Assembly: GCA_963666055.2 (NCBI GenBank)
Contig: CAXWPH010000002.1
Coordinates: 194,759 to 258,758 of the forward strand
Origin: Acidobacteriota bacterium
Lineage (GTDB): Bacteria > Acidobacteriota > UBA890 > WLXD01
Length of the DNA: 64,000 nt
Reading direction: 5' to 3'
The notes under the pieces: model-generated
What the model saw: only the letters and a program-made list of their open reading frames with translations
Databases searched by the model: none
What the model was told of the DNA's origin: nothing
Part shown: positions 55,924 to 64,000 of the stretch, one piece after another
Layout of the letters: every line of letters starts with the position of its first letter
How positions within the stretch are numbered: the stretch's first letter is position 1
Program-made: the position numbers and the translations under genes

Positions 55924-57281
55924 GCGCCTGCCGCCGCATCGTCCCGGGGGAGGCTCAAACGCACCAGCCGCGCGCGCCCTTTTCGCACCTCCAGCACCTC
56001 CGCGGTGGCGTTGTCGAACTCGACGATGTCCCCTGCGTCGACGACTCGAAGCAGCTTCTCGCGCAGCAACCCGGCCAGCGTATCGGCCGCGTCTGATTGC
56101 AGCTCCAGGCCGGTCCATCGATTTACCACCTGCAGGAGCGTTCCTCCCTGCACCCGGAACCGGCCGGCGCCGTCGGGCACGACGTCCGGCTCCTCGTGAT
56201 CGAACTCGTCTTGCACCGGGCCGACGATCTGCTCGAGCACGTTCTCCAGCGTTACGAGGCCCGAGACGGTGCCGAACTCGTCGAGCACGAACGCCATGTG
56301 CTGACGCGTCGCCTGGAACACGCGCAACAATCGCGCGATGCGTAGCGTATCGGGCACGAACCGCGGTGGCCGCATAAGCGACTCCACGCCGGTCTCGCTG
56401 TCGGCCGGGATGCCGGGTAGGTCGCGCGTATGGAGCACCCCCACCAGCTCGTCCAGCGACCCACGGCACACCGGATAGCGGCCGTGCTTGGTGGCGCGCG
56501 CCTTGCGGATGATCTCGCCGATCGGATCGTCTACGTCGACATAGGCGATCTCGCGCCGCGGCACCATCACCTGCCGGCAGGTGATCTCGTCGAACTCGAA
56601 CACCGCGTCGATCAGCCGATGCTCCGCCTTCGTAAGCTCACCGTGCGCGTGAGCGTGGCTGAGCAGCCGGCGGATCTCCTCCTCGCTGTGCAGCTCATCG
56701 TGCTCGGCGCCGCCCTCAACGCCGAGTCGCCTGAGCAGGGACGAAGTGATCGAATCCAGCACCACCAGTGCCGGATAGGTAAGAATGTAGAAAGCTCTCA
56801 GGGGCAGCGCGCACCACAGCGCCATTTGCTCGGGGCGCCGGATCGCGAAGATCTTTGGGGCCTGTTCGCCGATGACCAGGTGCAGCACGGTGATCACGCT
56901 GAACGCGATCGTGAACGCGGTCGTGTGAAGTACCGCCGACGAGGTGACCCCGACGGCGTGCAACCATGGCTCCAGGAGCCGGGCGATCGCCGGCTCACCC
57001 ACCCAACCGAGCCCAAGCGATGCCATCGTGATGCCCAACTGGCACGCCGACAACGACCGGTCCATGCGCGCGAACAGCCAGTGGGTTGTTCTTGATAGCA
57101 AGCCATCGCGGCCGGCAATCTCGTTCAGCCGACCGGGCCGCATCTTCACGAGCGCGAACTCGGCCGCCACGAAGAAGCCGTTCAGGACTACTAGAATCGC
57201 TGTCAGAAAGACGAGAACGAGATCCACGCTCGGCCCACCTCCGGCGCATATCCATCGCTGCGCAATCGCAACGACGGCCAC
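55920..57281 (-). CDS. CNNM/HlyC-CorC-family transporter (DUF21 + CBS pair + CorC_HlyC)
   Basis: DUF21 TM region LNGFFVAAEFALVKMR, CBS region VMVPRREIAYVDVD...RYPVCRGSLDELVGVLHTRDL, and CorC C-terminus MAFVLDEFGTVSGLVTLENVLEQIVG. Start is uncertain. Confidence 0.9.
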   Translation of the reverse strand: MAVVAIAQRWICAGGGPSVDLVLVFLTAILVVLNGFFVAAEFALVKMRPGRLNEIAGRDGLLSRTTHWLFARMDRSLSACQLGITMASLGLGWVGEPAIARLLEPWLHAVGVTSSAVLHTTAFTIAFSVITVLHLVIGEQAPKIFAIRRPEQMALWCALPLRAFYILTYPALVVLDSITSSLLRRLGVEGGAEHDELHSEEEIRRLLSHAHAHGELTKAEHRLIDAVFEFDEITCRQVMVPRREIAYVDVDDPIGEIIRKARATKHGRYPVCRGSLDELVGVLHTRDLPGIPADSETGVESLMRPPRFVPDTLRIARLLRVFQATRQHMAFVLDEFGTVSGLVTLENVLEQIVGPVQDEFDHEEPDVVPDGAGRFRVQGGTLLQVVNRWTGLELQSDAADTLAGLLREKLLRVVDAGDIVEFDNATAEVLEVRKGRARLVRLSLPRDDAAAGA

Positions 57282-57327
57282 TCATCCAGAGCGTACAAGA
57301 TCGCACGCCGAAGTGGTTCGACGACTA

Positions 57328-57354
57328 CCCCACACTTCCACCACGGCCTGCTAG
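57328..57354 (+). repeat. CTAG-anchored repeat copy
   Basis: CCCCACACTTCCACCACGGCCTGCTAG followed by GGTCGC, in a divergent intergenic region. Confidence 0.55.
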
Positions 57355-57426
57355 GGTCGCGAGGCGCTACGATCTGCGGTCGGGCTCGGCGAATTCGAAA
57401 CGTTGATCGACAGGAGATGAACTTCC

Positions 57427-58035
57427 GTGATCCCTTCACGTACGAGATTTCTGATCATCGCGATGCTCGCCATGGTGACGCATCAGGTGGCGGTTGGTGC
57501 GTCGCAGCGAGCCGCGCCCGGTCGCTTGCGGCTCACCGAATCGGCGATTGAGGCGCTCCTCACGCGCATGGTGTTCAACCAGGAGGGGCGCTGGTACTTG
57601 AAGGAGCCGAGCGACTGCGGCCATGCCATCGTGCAGAATCACTCCGTCGAGTTGGCAGGCGGGCTGATCGGAATCCGCGCCAAGCTGTACTGGAGCGAGG
57701 CGAAACGGATCTTCGGCGAGTGCCGCGGTCCGAGCACCGACTTCGAGGTCCTTGCTATCGCCACCCCGGTTGCCGGCGGAGCCACGCTGGGCTTGCGCGA
57801 CATCCAGGTGAGCGCCCCCGATGGCGGCGTCATTGCCGCTGCCGCGCTGGCGCTGCTCAAGAGCAGGATCCCGAGCTCCTACGACGTCGACGTGGCGCTG
57901 ATGTTGAGCGAGGCGCTGGCGAGCTCGGAGATGACCGATTTGCTGGCGATCGCCGACTTTCAGGCGACCGACGCGCGGGTTGGCGACGGCATGCTTGATC
58001 TCGGCCTGGGATTCACCCTGACGAGCCGCTACTGA
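57427..58035 (+). CDS. secreted hypothetical protein
   Basis: 202 aa, GTG start, signal-like FLIIAMLAMVTHQVAVGA. No family recognised. Confidence 0.55.
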   Translation: MIPSRTRFLIIAMLAMVTHQVAVGASQRAAPGRLRLTESAIEALLTRMVFNQEGRWYLKEPSDCGHAIVQNHSVELAGGLIGIRAKLYWSEAKRIFGECRGPSTDFEVLAIATPVAGGATLGLRDIQVSAPDGGVIAAAALALLKSRIPSSYDVDVALMLSEALASSEMTDLLAIADFQATDARVGDGMLDLGLGFTLTSRY

Positions 58036-58055
58036 GGCGGCCAGCCCGGAGGCAC

Positions 58056-58700
58056 TCAGAAGCCCTCGAGCCACTCCTCGGGGACGCCGTACTGGCGTGC
58101 CCGCGCCATGATGTCGGCACGTGAAACTCCCACTTCCGACAGGGTGCTCAGCAGCTCGTCGAGCATCTTTCGAGCCCCGTCCGGCGATGAAACCGGCTGC
58201 TGGAACGCCGCGATCAGACGTGGCAACATGGGTAGCAGCTGTTCGAGGCCCGCCATCTCCGTTGCTGCGTTGCCGAGCAGTCCGAGCATGGAGCCGGGGT
58301 CCGAGCCGAGGAACCGAGAGAGTGCGCCGAGCGACTCCGGTGCGATCAGGCCGGCAGCGCCCTTCGGCAGGGTCGGCTGCGACTCTGGCGCGTCATGCTC
58401 TGCGAGCCTCTCTTGGAGAGTAGGCGGAACGCGGACTCTGATCGCCCGCCCTGGGACTCTCCCGAGCGGCGCCGGGCCGACGCGGTCGTCGACCACGACT
58501 CGCTCGACCACAGAGAGCGGGATCGAATGCTCCCCGCCGTACTGAGTGAACACGACGTGCTGGCCGTCGACGTGGGCGCTCGCGGTGCGAATCACGCGTC
58601 CGTTCTTTAGATAGACGCTGTCGGCGGAGGCGTTCGAGGCGCCGGCCAACACGCCCAGCAGGAACACGACGAGCAACGGGCGCAGTCTGAGCATGGCCAT
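58056..58700 (-). CDS. secreted hypothetical protein
   Basis: Signal peptide MAMLRLRPLLVVFLLGVLAGASNASA, then DSVYLKNGRVIRT...VVFTQYGGEHSIPLSVVERVVVDD. No family recognised. Confidence 0.6.
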   Translation of the reverse strand: MAMLRLRPLLVVFLLGVLAGASNASADSVYLKNGRVIRTASAHVDGQHVVFTQYGGEHSIPLSVVERVVVDDRVGPAPLGRVPGRAIRVRVPPTLQERLAEHDAPESQPTLPKGAAGLIAPESLGALSRFLGSDPGSMLGLLGNAATEMAGLEQLLPMLPRLIAAFQQPVSSPDGARKMLDELLSTLSEVGVSRADIMARARQYGVPEEWLEGF

Positions 58701-58853
58701 GCGGTGATGTTCTCGGTGGGGCCGCGTGAGTGCAAGGTAGCGCGCGCCGTTGACCGCGATTGGCGGCTTGCGTCCGAAGATTCAGGGGTTGTTCCCGTCG
58801 GCTTGTCGCCGTGTCGGCTTGTCCTCCAGAACGATTACCGGGACCATAACGTC

Positions 58854-59351
58854 ATGTCCGAGCATCGGGTTCACGTCGCGCAGCTGAATATCGCCTGCAT
58901 GCGAGCGCCCCTCGACGATCCGCTCATGAAAGAGTTTGTCGATCGACTCGAGCCGATCAACGTGATCGCCGACCAGACGCCCGGTTTCGTCTGGCGGCTG
59001 CAGGGCGAGGAGGACAACGCCACCGCGATCCGCGTTTTCGAGGACGATCGATTGCTCATCAACATGTCCGTATGGACGTCGATCGAGTCATTGCGCGACT
59101 ACGTCTATCGCGGTGCCCACACCGAGCCGCTGAAGCGGCGTCAGGAATGGTTCGAGACCATGGATGGACCCACCAGCGTGCTGTGGTGGGTGCCCGCGGG
59201 GCATGTTCCGACCGCCGCGGAGGCGCGCGAGACGCTCGATCGCCTGCGTCGCGACGGCCCGACAGCGACGGCGTTCACCTTCAAGGACTCGTTCGCGCCG
59301 CCCGAGACGACACTGACGGGGCGCCCGATTGGTCTGGTTGGGTGTCGGTGA
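58854..59351 (+). CDS. DUF3291-domain protein
   Basis: MSEHRVHVAQLNIACMRAPLDDPLMKEFVDRLEPINVIADQTPGFVWRLQ...INMSVWTSIESLRDYVYRGAHTEPLKRRQEWF (ATG 58854; track ORF starts at 58704). Confidence 0.7.
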   Translation: MSEHRVHVAQLNIACMRAPLDDPLMKEFVDRLEPINVIADQTPGFVWRLQGEEDNATAIRVFEDDRLLINMSVWTSIESLRDYVYRGAHTEPLKRRQEWFETMDGPTSVLWWVPAGHVPTAAEARETLDRLRRDGPTATAFTFKDSFAPPETTLTGRPIGLVGCR

Positions 59352-59398
59352 GCTAAGGTCTGCCTGTCTTGCATCAGCTCCCAATCGAAGGGTCGTTC

Positions 59399-60211
59399 AT
59401 GCCTCGACGCATACCCCTGCTGATTGCGTTGTGCCTGGTGGCGTCGCCCTCGCTGGCCCAGGAGCCCACGGCGGCGTCCGAGGTGCACGCCGACCTTGCC
59501 CGAGGACGCACGCTCTACGTCACCTACTGCGCCCGCTGCCACGGGATGACCGGCGGTGGGGGAGAGGGCCCGAGCCTGGCCCGGCGCGAGCTGCCCCGGG
59601 CGCCGGATGACGAGGCGCTGATCGCCCTCATAAGAGACGGGATCCCGGGCACGGCGATGTCGCCCACCTGGTGGCTGGGCGATCGTGAGTACGAGCCCCT
59701 GACGGGGTACGTGCGGTCGCTGGCCCCGGCCACGGCGGCGGTCGACGATAGCGAGCGCGGCGATCCCGTGCGCGGTCAGCAGTTGTTCGCAGGCAGCGGC
59801 GGGTGTGCGAGCTGCCACACCGTCGGCGGCTTCGGTACGAACCATGGTCCTGATCTCACCACCGTCGGCTCTCGCCGTGGCACCGCGTTCATCCGCGAGG
59901 CCATCCTCGACCCCGAGGCGGCGCTACCGCGCGGCCTCACCGAGGTCGGCCGCAACTTCATCGACTACCTCGTGGTTCGGGTGGTCGACCGTGACGGTCG
60001 CGAGGTGGTGGGGACGCGGCTGAACGAGGACTCCTACACCATTCAGGTTCGCGATCTGCTCGGGCAGCTGCACTCGTTCTACAAGCCGCACCTTCAGACG
60101 CTCGAGAAGCAGTTCGATCAGAGCCTCATGCAAAGCTATCGCGAACAGTTCTCCGATACGGAGATCGACGACCTTGTCGCTTATCTGACCACGCTGGGAG
60201 GTGCAGGATGA
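59399..60211 (+). CDS. di-haem c-type cytochrome (PVC-type haem-binding CxxCH protein)
   Basis: Signal peptide MPRRIPLLIALCLVASPSLA. Two CxxCH sites (YCARCHG, GCASCHT). Confidence 0.85.
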   Translation: MPRRIPLLIALCLVASPSLAQEPTAASEVHADLARGRTLYVTYCARCHGMTGGGGEGPSLARRELPRAPDDEALIALIRDGIPGTAMSPTWWLGDREYEPLTGYVRSLAPATAAVDDSERGDPVRGQQLFAGSGGCASCHTVGGFGTNHGPDLTTVGSRRGTAFIREAILDPEAALPRGLTEVGRNFIDYLVVRVVDRDGREVVGTRLNEDSYTIQVRDLLGQLHSFYKPHLQTLEKQFDQSLMQSYREQFSDTEIDDLVAYLTTLGGAG

Positions 60212-61848
60212 GCCTGTGGCGCGTGTCTCGAGGCGATCCGGTGGTGCACGTCAGACGAGCAGCCCTGCTTGTCGCCGCCGCGCAGCTGCTGACGGTCGGT
60301 CTGCTGTCAGCCCAGCAGGTACCCTACGAGCGGCTCGAGCGTGCCGCAGAGGAGCCCCACAACTGGCTCACCTATTCGGGAACCTACAAATCCGAGCGCT
60401 TCTCTCGGTTGAACGAGATCACGCCCGCCAACGTGACCGGCCTGAGCGTCGTTTGGGTCTATCAGACCAGCCCCGGGTTGGTGGAAACGACGCCGCTAGT
60501 GGCAGACGGAGTCATGTACCTGACCGAGCCACCGAGTACGGTCACGGCGCTCGACGTGCGCACCGGTCGGCGCATCTGGCGCTGGAGGGCGTCCGTCCCG
60601 GCGGAGGTCAAGCACATCGGCTTTCCGGCGGTGAACCGCGGGGTGGCGATCCTCGACGAGACCGTGTACGTGGGCACGCTCGATGGTCGAACGGTGGCCC
60701 TCGACGCGGCCTCCGGGGTTGAGCGCTGGAGCGCCCAGGTTGCCGACAACGACCTCGGTTTCTCGGTCACGGCGGCACCGCTGGCGATCGACGGCAAGGT
60801 GATCATCGGCGTGAGCGGCGCCGAGGCCGGCATCCGCGGCTTTATCGACGCCTACTCCACCGAGGACGGCTCGTTGCTGTGGCGCACCCATACAGTGCCG
60901 GCGGCGGGAGAAGCGGGGAGTGAGACCTGGGGCGGCGACAGCTGGATGACCGGTGGTGGCTCCACCTGGCTGACGGGCTCCTACGACCCCGAGCTGAACC
61001 TGCTGTACTGGGGGATCGGCAACCCGGCACCCGACTGGAACGGCGACGACCGGCCCGGCGACAATCTCTACACCTGCTCGTTGCTGGCGCTCGACGCCGA
61101 CACCGGCGAGATTCGCTGGCACTTCCAGTTCACCCCACACGACACGCACGACTGGGATTCCAACGAGATCCCGGTGCTCGTCGATCTGGAGTGGGGCGGA
61201 GAGATGCGGAAGGTGGTGACGATGGCTAACCGCAACGCCTTCTACTACGTGCTCGACCGCGAGACCGGCGAGTTTCTTCACGGCAGCGAGTACTCCAAGC
61301 AGACCTGGGCCGAGGGGCTCGACGATGCCGGCCGTCCGATCGTCATTCCCAATACCGAGCCGACCGAGGAAGGCACCCTCGTATGGCCCAGCCTGCAGGG
61401 CGCAACCAACTGGTTCAGCCCCAGCTACAGTCCGCTCACCGAGCTCTTCTACGTGGCCGTGCGGCATATGGGTGCCGTCTACTACAAGGGCGAGGCCGAG
61501 TACGAGCCCGGCATGCCGTTCATGGGCGGCGGCGAGCAGGCGCTCAGTGGCGACGATGCTGGTGGCTTCGTCAGGGCGCTCGACGTGCGTACCGGGGGTT
61601 TGCGCTGGGAGTTCCCACTGCTGACGCCTCCCTGGGCGGGCGTGATGGCGACTGCCGGCGGGCTGGTGTTTGGCGGCTCCGAGGAGGGCAACTTCTTTGC
61701 TCTCGATGCCAGCACCGGCAAGACGTTATGGGATTTCCAGGCCGGGGCGGCGGTGCGGTCCAACCCGATGGCCTTCGAGGTCGACGGCAAGCAACGAATC
61801 GCCATGTCGGCGGGTGACGCTGTCTTCGTGTTCGGACTCCGTGACTGA
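60208..61848 (+). CDS. PQQ-dependent dehydrogenase, methanol/ethanol (quinoprotein ADH) family
   Basis: NWLTYSGTYKSERFS, TTPLVADGVMY, ALDVRTGRRIWRW, AVNRGVA, DNLYTCSLLALDADTGEIRWHFQFTPHDTHDWD, ATAGGLVFGGSEEGNFFALDASTGKTLW. ATGA overlap with the cytochrome stop. Confidence 0.9.
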   Translation: MSLWRVSRGDPVVHVRRAALLVAAAQLLTVGLLSAQQVPYERLERAAEEPHNWLTYSGTYKSERFSRLNEITPANVTGLSVVWVYQTSPGLVETTPLVADGVMYLTEPPSTVTALDVRTGRRIWRWRASVPAEVKHIGFPAVNRGVAILDETVYVGTLDGRTVALDAASGVERWSAQVADNDLGFSVTAAPLAIDGKVIIGVSGAEAGIRGFIDAYSTEDGSLLWRTHTVPAAGEAGSETWGGDSWMTGGGSTWLTGSYDPELNLLYWGIGNPAPDWNGDDRPGDNLYTCSLLALDADTGEIRWHFQFTPHDTHDWDSNEIPVLVDLEWGGEMRKVVTMANRNAFYYVLDRETGEFLHGSEYSKQTWAEGLDDAGRPIVIPNTEPTEEGTLVWPSLQGATNWFSPSYSPLTELFYVAVRHMGAVYYKGEAEYEPGMPFMGGGEQALSGDDAGGFVRALDVRTGGLRWEFPLLTPPWAGVMATAGGLVFGGSEEGNFFALDASTGKTLWDFQAGAAVRSNPMAFEVDGKQRIAMSAGDAVFVFGLRD

Positions 61849-62656
61849 CTTCGCCGACTACTACGGCGCCGGCTACGCGGAGTTCGCCTCCGATCTCTAC
61901 GCCGCTATTCGCGCCGAGGCGTTCGACGAGGACATCGGCCAGCACAGCTGGCTCACCGCGGCGGAGCAGGACGTGTTCATCGGGTGGCTCGCGGTCGGCG
62001 CGAGCTCGCTGCTGCTCGACGTCGCCTGCGGTTCGGGCGGACCAACCTTGCGAATCGCCCGCCGAAGCGGTTGCCGTGTGCATGGAATTGACATCGAAGA
62101 GGCTGCGGTGCGGGCGGCGAATCGACAGGCGGAGGGCGCCGGCCTGGCTGCGCGCGCCCGCTTCGATACCCAAGATGCGAGCCAACAGCTGCCGTTCGCG
62201 GACGAGGCGTTCGACGCGCTGATCTGCATCGACGCGGTCACCCACCTGCCCGATCGGGCCCGTGTTTTCTGCGATTGGGCGCGCGTTCTGCGTCCCGGAG
62301 GGCGCCTTGTCTTCACCGACGCCGTCACCGTCAGCGGTGTGCTCAGCGCCGAGGAAATACGGGTCCGCGCATCCATTGGCAGCCTGTTCTTTGCTCCTCC
62401 CGGGCTCGACGGAGACCTGCTCGACGCGGCCGGGTTCAAGGTCGATCGTGTCGAGGACCGTACGGAGAACATGGCGAGCACAGCGGCACGGCGACACGCG
62501 GCGCGCGCCACCCACGAGGCGGACCTGCGACAGATCGAGGGTGGCGCGACGTTCGAAGGCCAGCAGGAGTTTCTCGCCATGGCGGCAAAGCTGGCTACCG
62601 AGCGACGGCTGTCACGGTTCGCGTTTCGCTGCCTGCGTCGGCGGTCCGATAGCTGA
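61841..62656 (+). CDS. class I SAM-dependent methyltransferase
   Basis: GTG 61841 overlaps the PQQ-DH stop (GTGACTGA). Motif I LLDVACGSGGPTL, FDALICIDAVTHL, VLRPGGRLVFTD. Confidence 0.8.
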   Translation: MTDFADYYGAGYAEFASDLYAAIRAEAFDEDIGQHSWLTAAEQDVFIGWLAVGASSLLLDVACGSGGPTLRIARRSGCRVHGIDIEEAAVRAANRQAEGAGLAARARFDTQDASQQLPFADEAFDALICIDAVTHLPDRARVFCDWARVLRPGGRLVFTDAVTVSGVLSAEEIRVRASIGSLFFAPPGLDGDLLDAAGFKVDRVEDRTENMASTAARRHAARATHEADLRQIEGGATFEGQQEFLAMAAKLATERRLSRFAFRCLRRRSDS

Positions 62657-62662
62657 TTGCAG

Positions 62663-62687
62663 TCCACCGAGCGCTGCGGCCTGCTAG
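62663..62687 (+). repeat. CTAG-anchored repeat, diverged copy
   Basis: TCCACCGAGCGCTGCGGCCTGCTAG followed by GCGCC, between convergent genes. Confidence 0.4.
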
Positions 62688-62696
62688 GCGCCAGGT

Positions 62697-63677
62697 TTAC
62701 TGAAAGAACTGCAAGCCGTGCCACACCGATGCCAGGATGGCGATGGCGTTCAGCCCCAAGCAAACGAACGCGGCGACGAAGTGGCCGGCATGCTCGTCGC
62801 TGCGCGGATCGAGCAGCCGCGCCGCCAGGTAGCCGCCGCCAAACCCGCCCAGGTGCGCCCAGTTGTCGATGAATGGCACGATCAGGCCGATAACCACGAA
62901 GATGCCGACCCAGCGCCATACCTGCTGGCCGATGCTGCTGGGACCGCCGAGCCGGCTGTATACGACGAGGGCTCCGAAGAGGCCGAACAGCGGTGCCGAT
63001 GCGCCGATCGTGAAGCCGGCGCCCGCCAGCGGGCCGAGGAACGGGAACAGTCCCATGATCGAGGTGGCTGCGAAGCCGGCGGCGGCCGACGCGCTGTAGA
63101 TGATCACCAGTCGACCGACACCGTAGAACTCGCTGACCGCCGGCATGAGCTGCCGCAGCCACATCATGTTCATGACGATGTGGAGCAGCCCGCCGTGCAG
63201 CCACGCCGCGCTCAAGACAGTCCACCAGCGGCCGTAGACGAAGACCGGCACCGCACCGCTGGCGCCAAACAGGAAAAGCGGCCGCTGGCCGGGCGACAGC
63301 ATCGACAGCAGGCCACCCCGACCGATAGATGACGGGTCGCCCAGCAGCGTGATGACGAACAGCGCGGCGCAAACGAAGAGCACGATCTCGGTGAACCCGA
63401 GGCCGCGACCGAGCTTGTTGAGCAGCGGTGCGAACCCCCACAAGCCGGGGTTGAAGCGGCCGCACCGGAAGCAGCGATCGTCGCGCACCCCGACCAAGCT
63501 GCCGCAGCTGGGGCAGACGACGGAGCCGCTAGTCGGTCGGTTGAACAATCGTGGGTGTCCTAGTTGGGCGCTGGCGATCGCCCCAGGAGGGGGCGGCGCT
63601 TGCAGGGGAGCGGCGCTCGGGGAGGAATGTCGGTGGGCGGAAGTCGCCACTGTGCCAAGAGTGGCGCCAATAACCAA
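62697..63677 (-). CDS. rhomboid-family intramembrane serine protease with an N-terminal zinc ribbon
   Basis: CPSCGSLVGVRDDRCFRCG. Rhomboid motifs WWTVLSAAWLHGGLLHIVMNM and catalytic GASAPLFGLFGA, plus a downstream His (NWAHLGGFGGG). Start is uncertain (TTG 63677 or GTG 63650). Confidence 0.85.
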   Translation of the reverse strand: MVIGATLGTVATSAHRHSSPSAAPLQAPPPPGAIASAQLGHPRLFNRPTSGSVVCPSCGSLVGVRDDRCFRCGRFNPGLWGFAPLLNKLGRGLGFTEIVLFVCAALFVITLLGDPSSIGRGGLLSMLSPGQRPLFLFGASGAVPVFVYGRWWTVLSAAWLHGGLLHIVMNMMWLRQLMPAVSEFYGVGRLVIIYSASAAAGFAATSIMGLFPFLGPLAGAGFTIGASAPLFGLFGALVVYSRLGGPSSIGQQVWRWVGIFVVIGLIVPFIDNWAHLGGFGGGYLAARLLDPRSDEHAGHFVAAFVCLGLNAIAILASVWHGLQFFQ

Positions 63678-64000
63678 GCCGGGGCCGCGGCTGCCATCGA
63701 GAGCACGCGATGATGTCGACAGACCGGTGTTGTCCAGCGAAACCGGTCGCCTGGCCCTTCAGGGGTCCCCGACAACGAGCCCGTCTGCCATCGTTGATCG
63801 GAACCAGAACACGCTGACTCACGCCGCTGCACGAAGCGTCTGCAGCGGTGGCCGCCATCCGAGTCTGATGGTGCTCGCCGGGCTAGACCCGGTAAGCTTT
63901 GATCGATAGTTGCGCTCTGTCCGACGCAGTGCTGAAGCAGCCAGTCGCGCTGCGGCGAGCACCACCATTTTTCCACCACCACTCAGCCCCGCGCGCGCAT

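Noticed and set aside
61897-63465. 522-aa minus-strand ORF, plus 61571..62515 (314 aa) and 60496..61467 (323 aa)
   Set aside because: They span or oppose the methyltransferase, rhomboid and PQQ-DH genes in wrong frames and are Arg/Pro/Ala-rich. The chosen genes carry catalytic motifs.
63925-63955. GAAGCAGCC(AG), reminiscent of the SRP RNA domain IV / RNase P 5' end
   Set aside because: The flanking conserved blocks are absent (GGAAGGAAGCAGCCAAGG for SRP RNA; GAGGAAAGTCCGGGC for RNase P). The window ends too soon to test further.

Overview
This is a high-GC (roughly two-thirds G+C by eye, not computed) bacterial chromosomal segment from a diderm organism. The gene content (PadR plus duplicated FtsX-type 'ADOP' permease, TamB/Omp85, many secreted peptidases, a PVC-type cytochrome c next to a PQQ dehydrogenase) suggests an Acidobacteriota/Gemmatimonadota-like lineage, but that guess is weak. 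I can support about 58 protein-coding genes. I saw no rRNA, tRNA, CRISPR array, integrase or transposase.

Content from start to end:
- a 2-phosphoglycerate-kinase/iPGM fusion that runs off the left edge
- an ECF sigma / anti-sigma operon
- an APC permease and a D-aminoacylase
- a cobalamin riboswitch followed by a btuD-btuC-btuF-like ABC importer
- Leu/Phe/Val dehydrogenase
- a class III Zn-ADH plus MBL hydrolase pair
- tesA divergent from ybbA-ybbP
- MATE efflux, PepF, uridine kinase
- a 6.5 kb gene encoding a TamB-like protein fused to an Omp85 protein
- an AhpD/CMD-family gene
- NUDIX, and peptidases of families M19, M32, S9 and M14
- formimidoyltransferase-cyclodeaminase
- PadR plus ADOP permease, GST, esterase
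- a eukaryote-like cyclophilin
- two tandem FAH-family genes
- a CNNM/CorC transporter
- a cytochrome c - PQQ dehydrogenase - methyltransferase operon
- a rhomboid protease

Most interesting observations:
1. The TamB-Omp85 single-chain fusion.
2. An in-frame TGA exactly at the second Cys of the AhpD CxxC motif, with a SECIS-like hairpin 11 nt downstream. This is a candidate selenoprotein.
3. A CTAG-anchored intergenic repeat family, including a 279-bp MITE-like element with perfect 29-bp inverted ends.
4. An AT-rich island with a near-consensus promoter, three palindromes and an intrinsic terminator but no ORF. This is a candidate small RNA.
5. Five single-site lesions (four 1-nt frameshifts and one TAA) in otherwise conserved genes. 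These are either real pseudogenes or assembly indels.

Limits: all family calls come from motif recognition by eye, many start codons are uncertain, and no searches or folding calculations were run.
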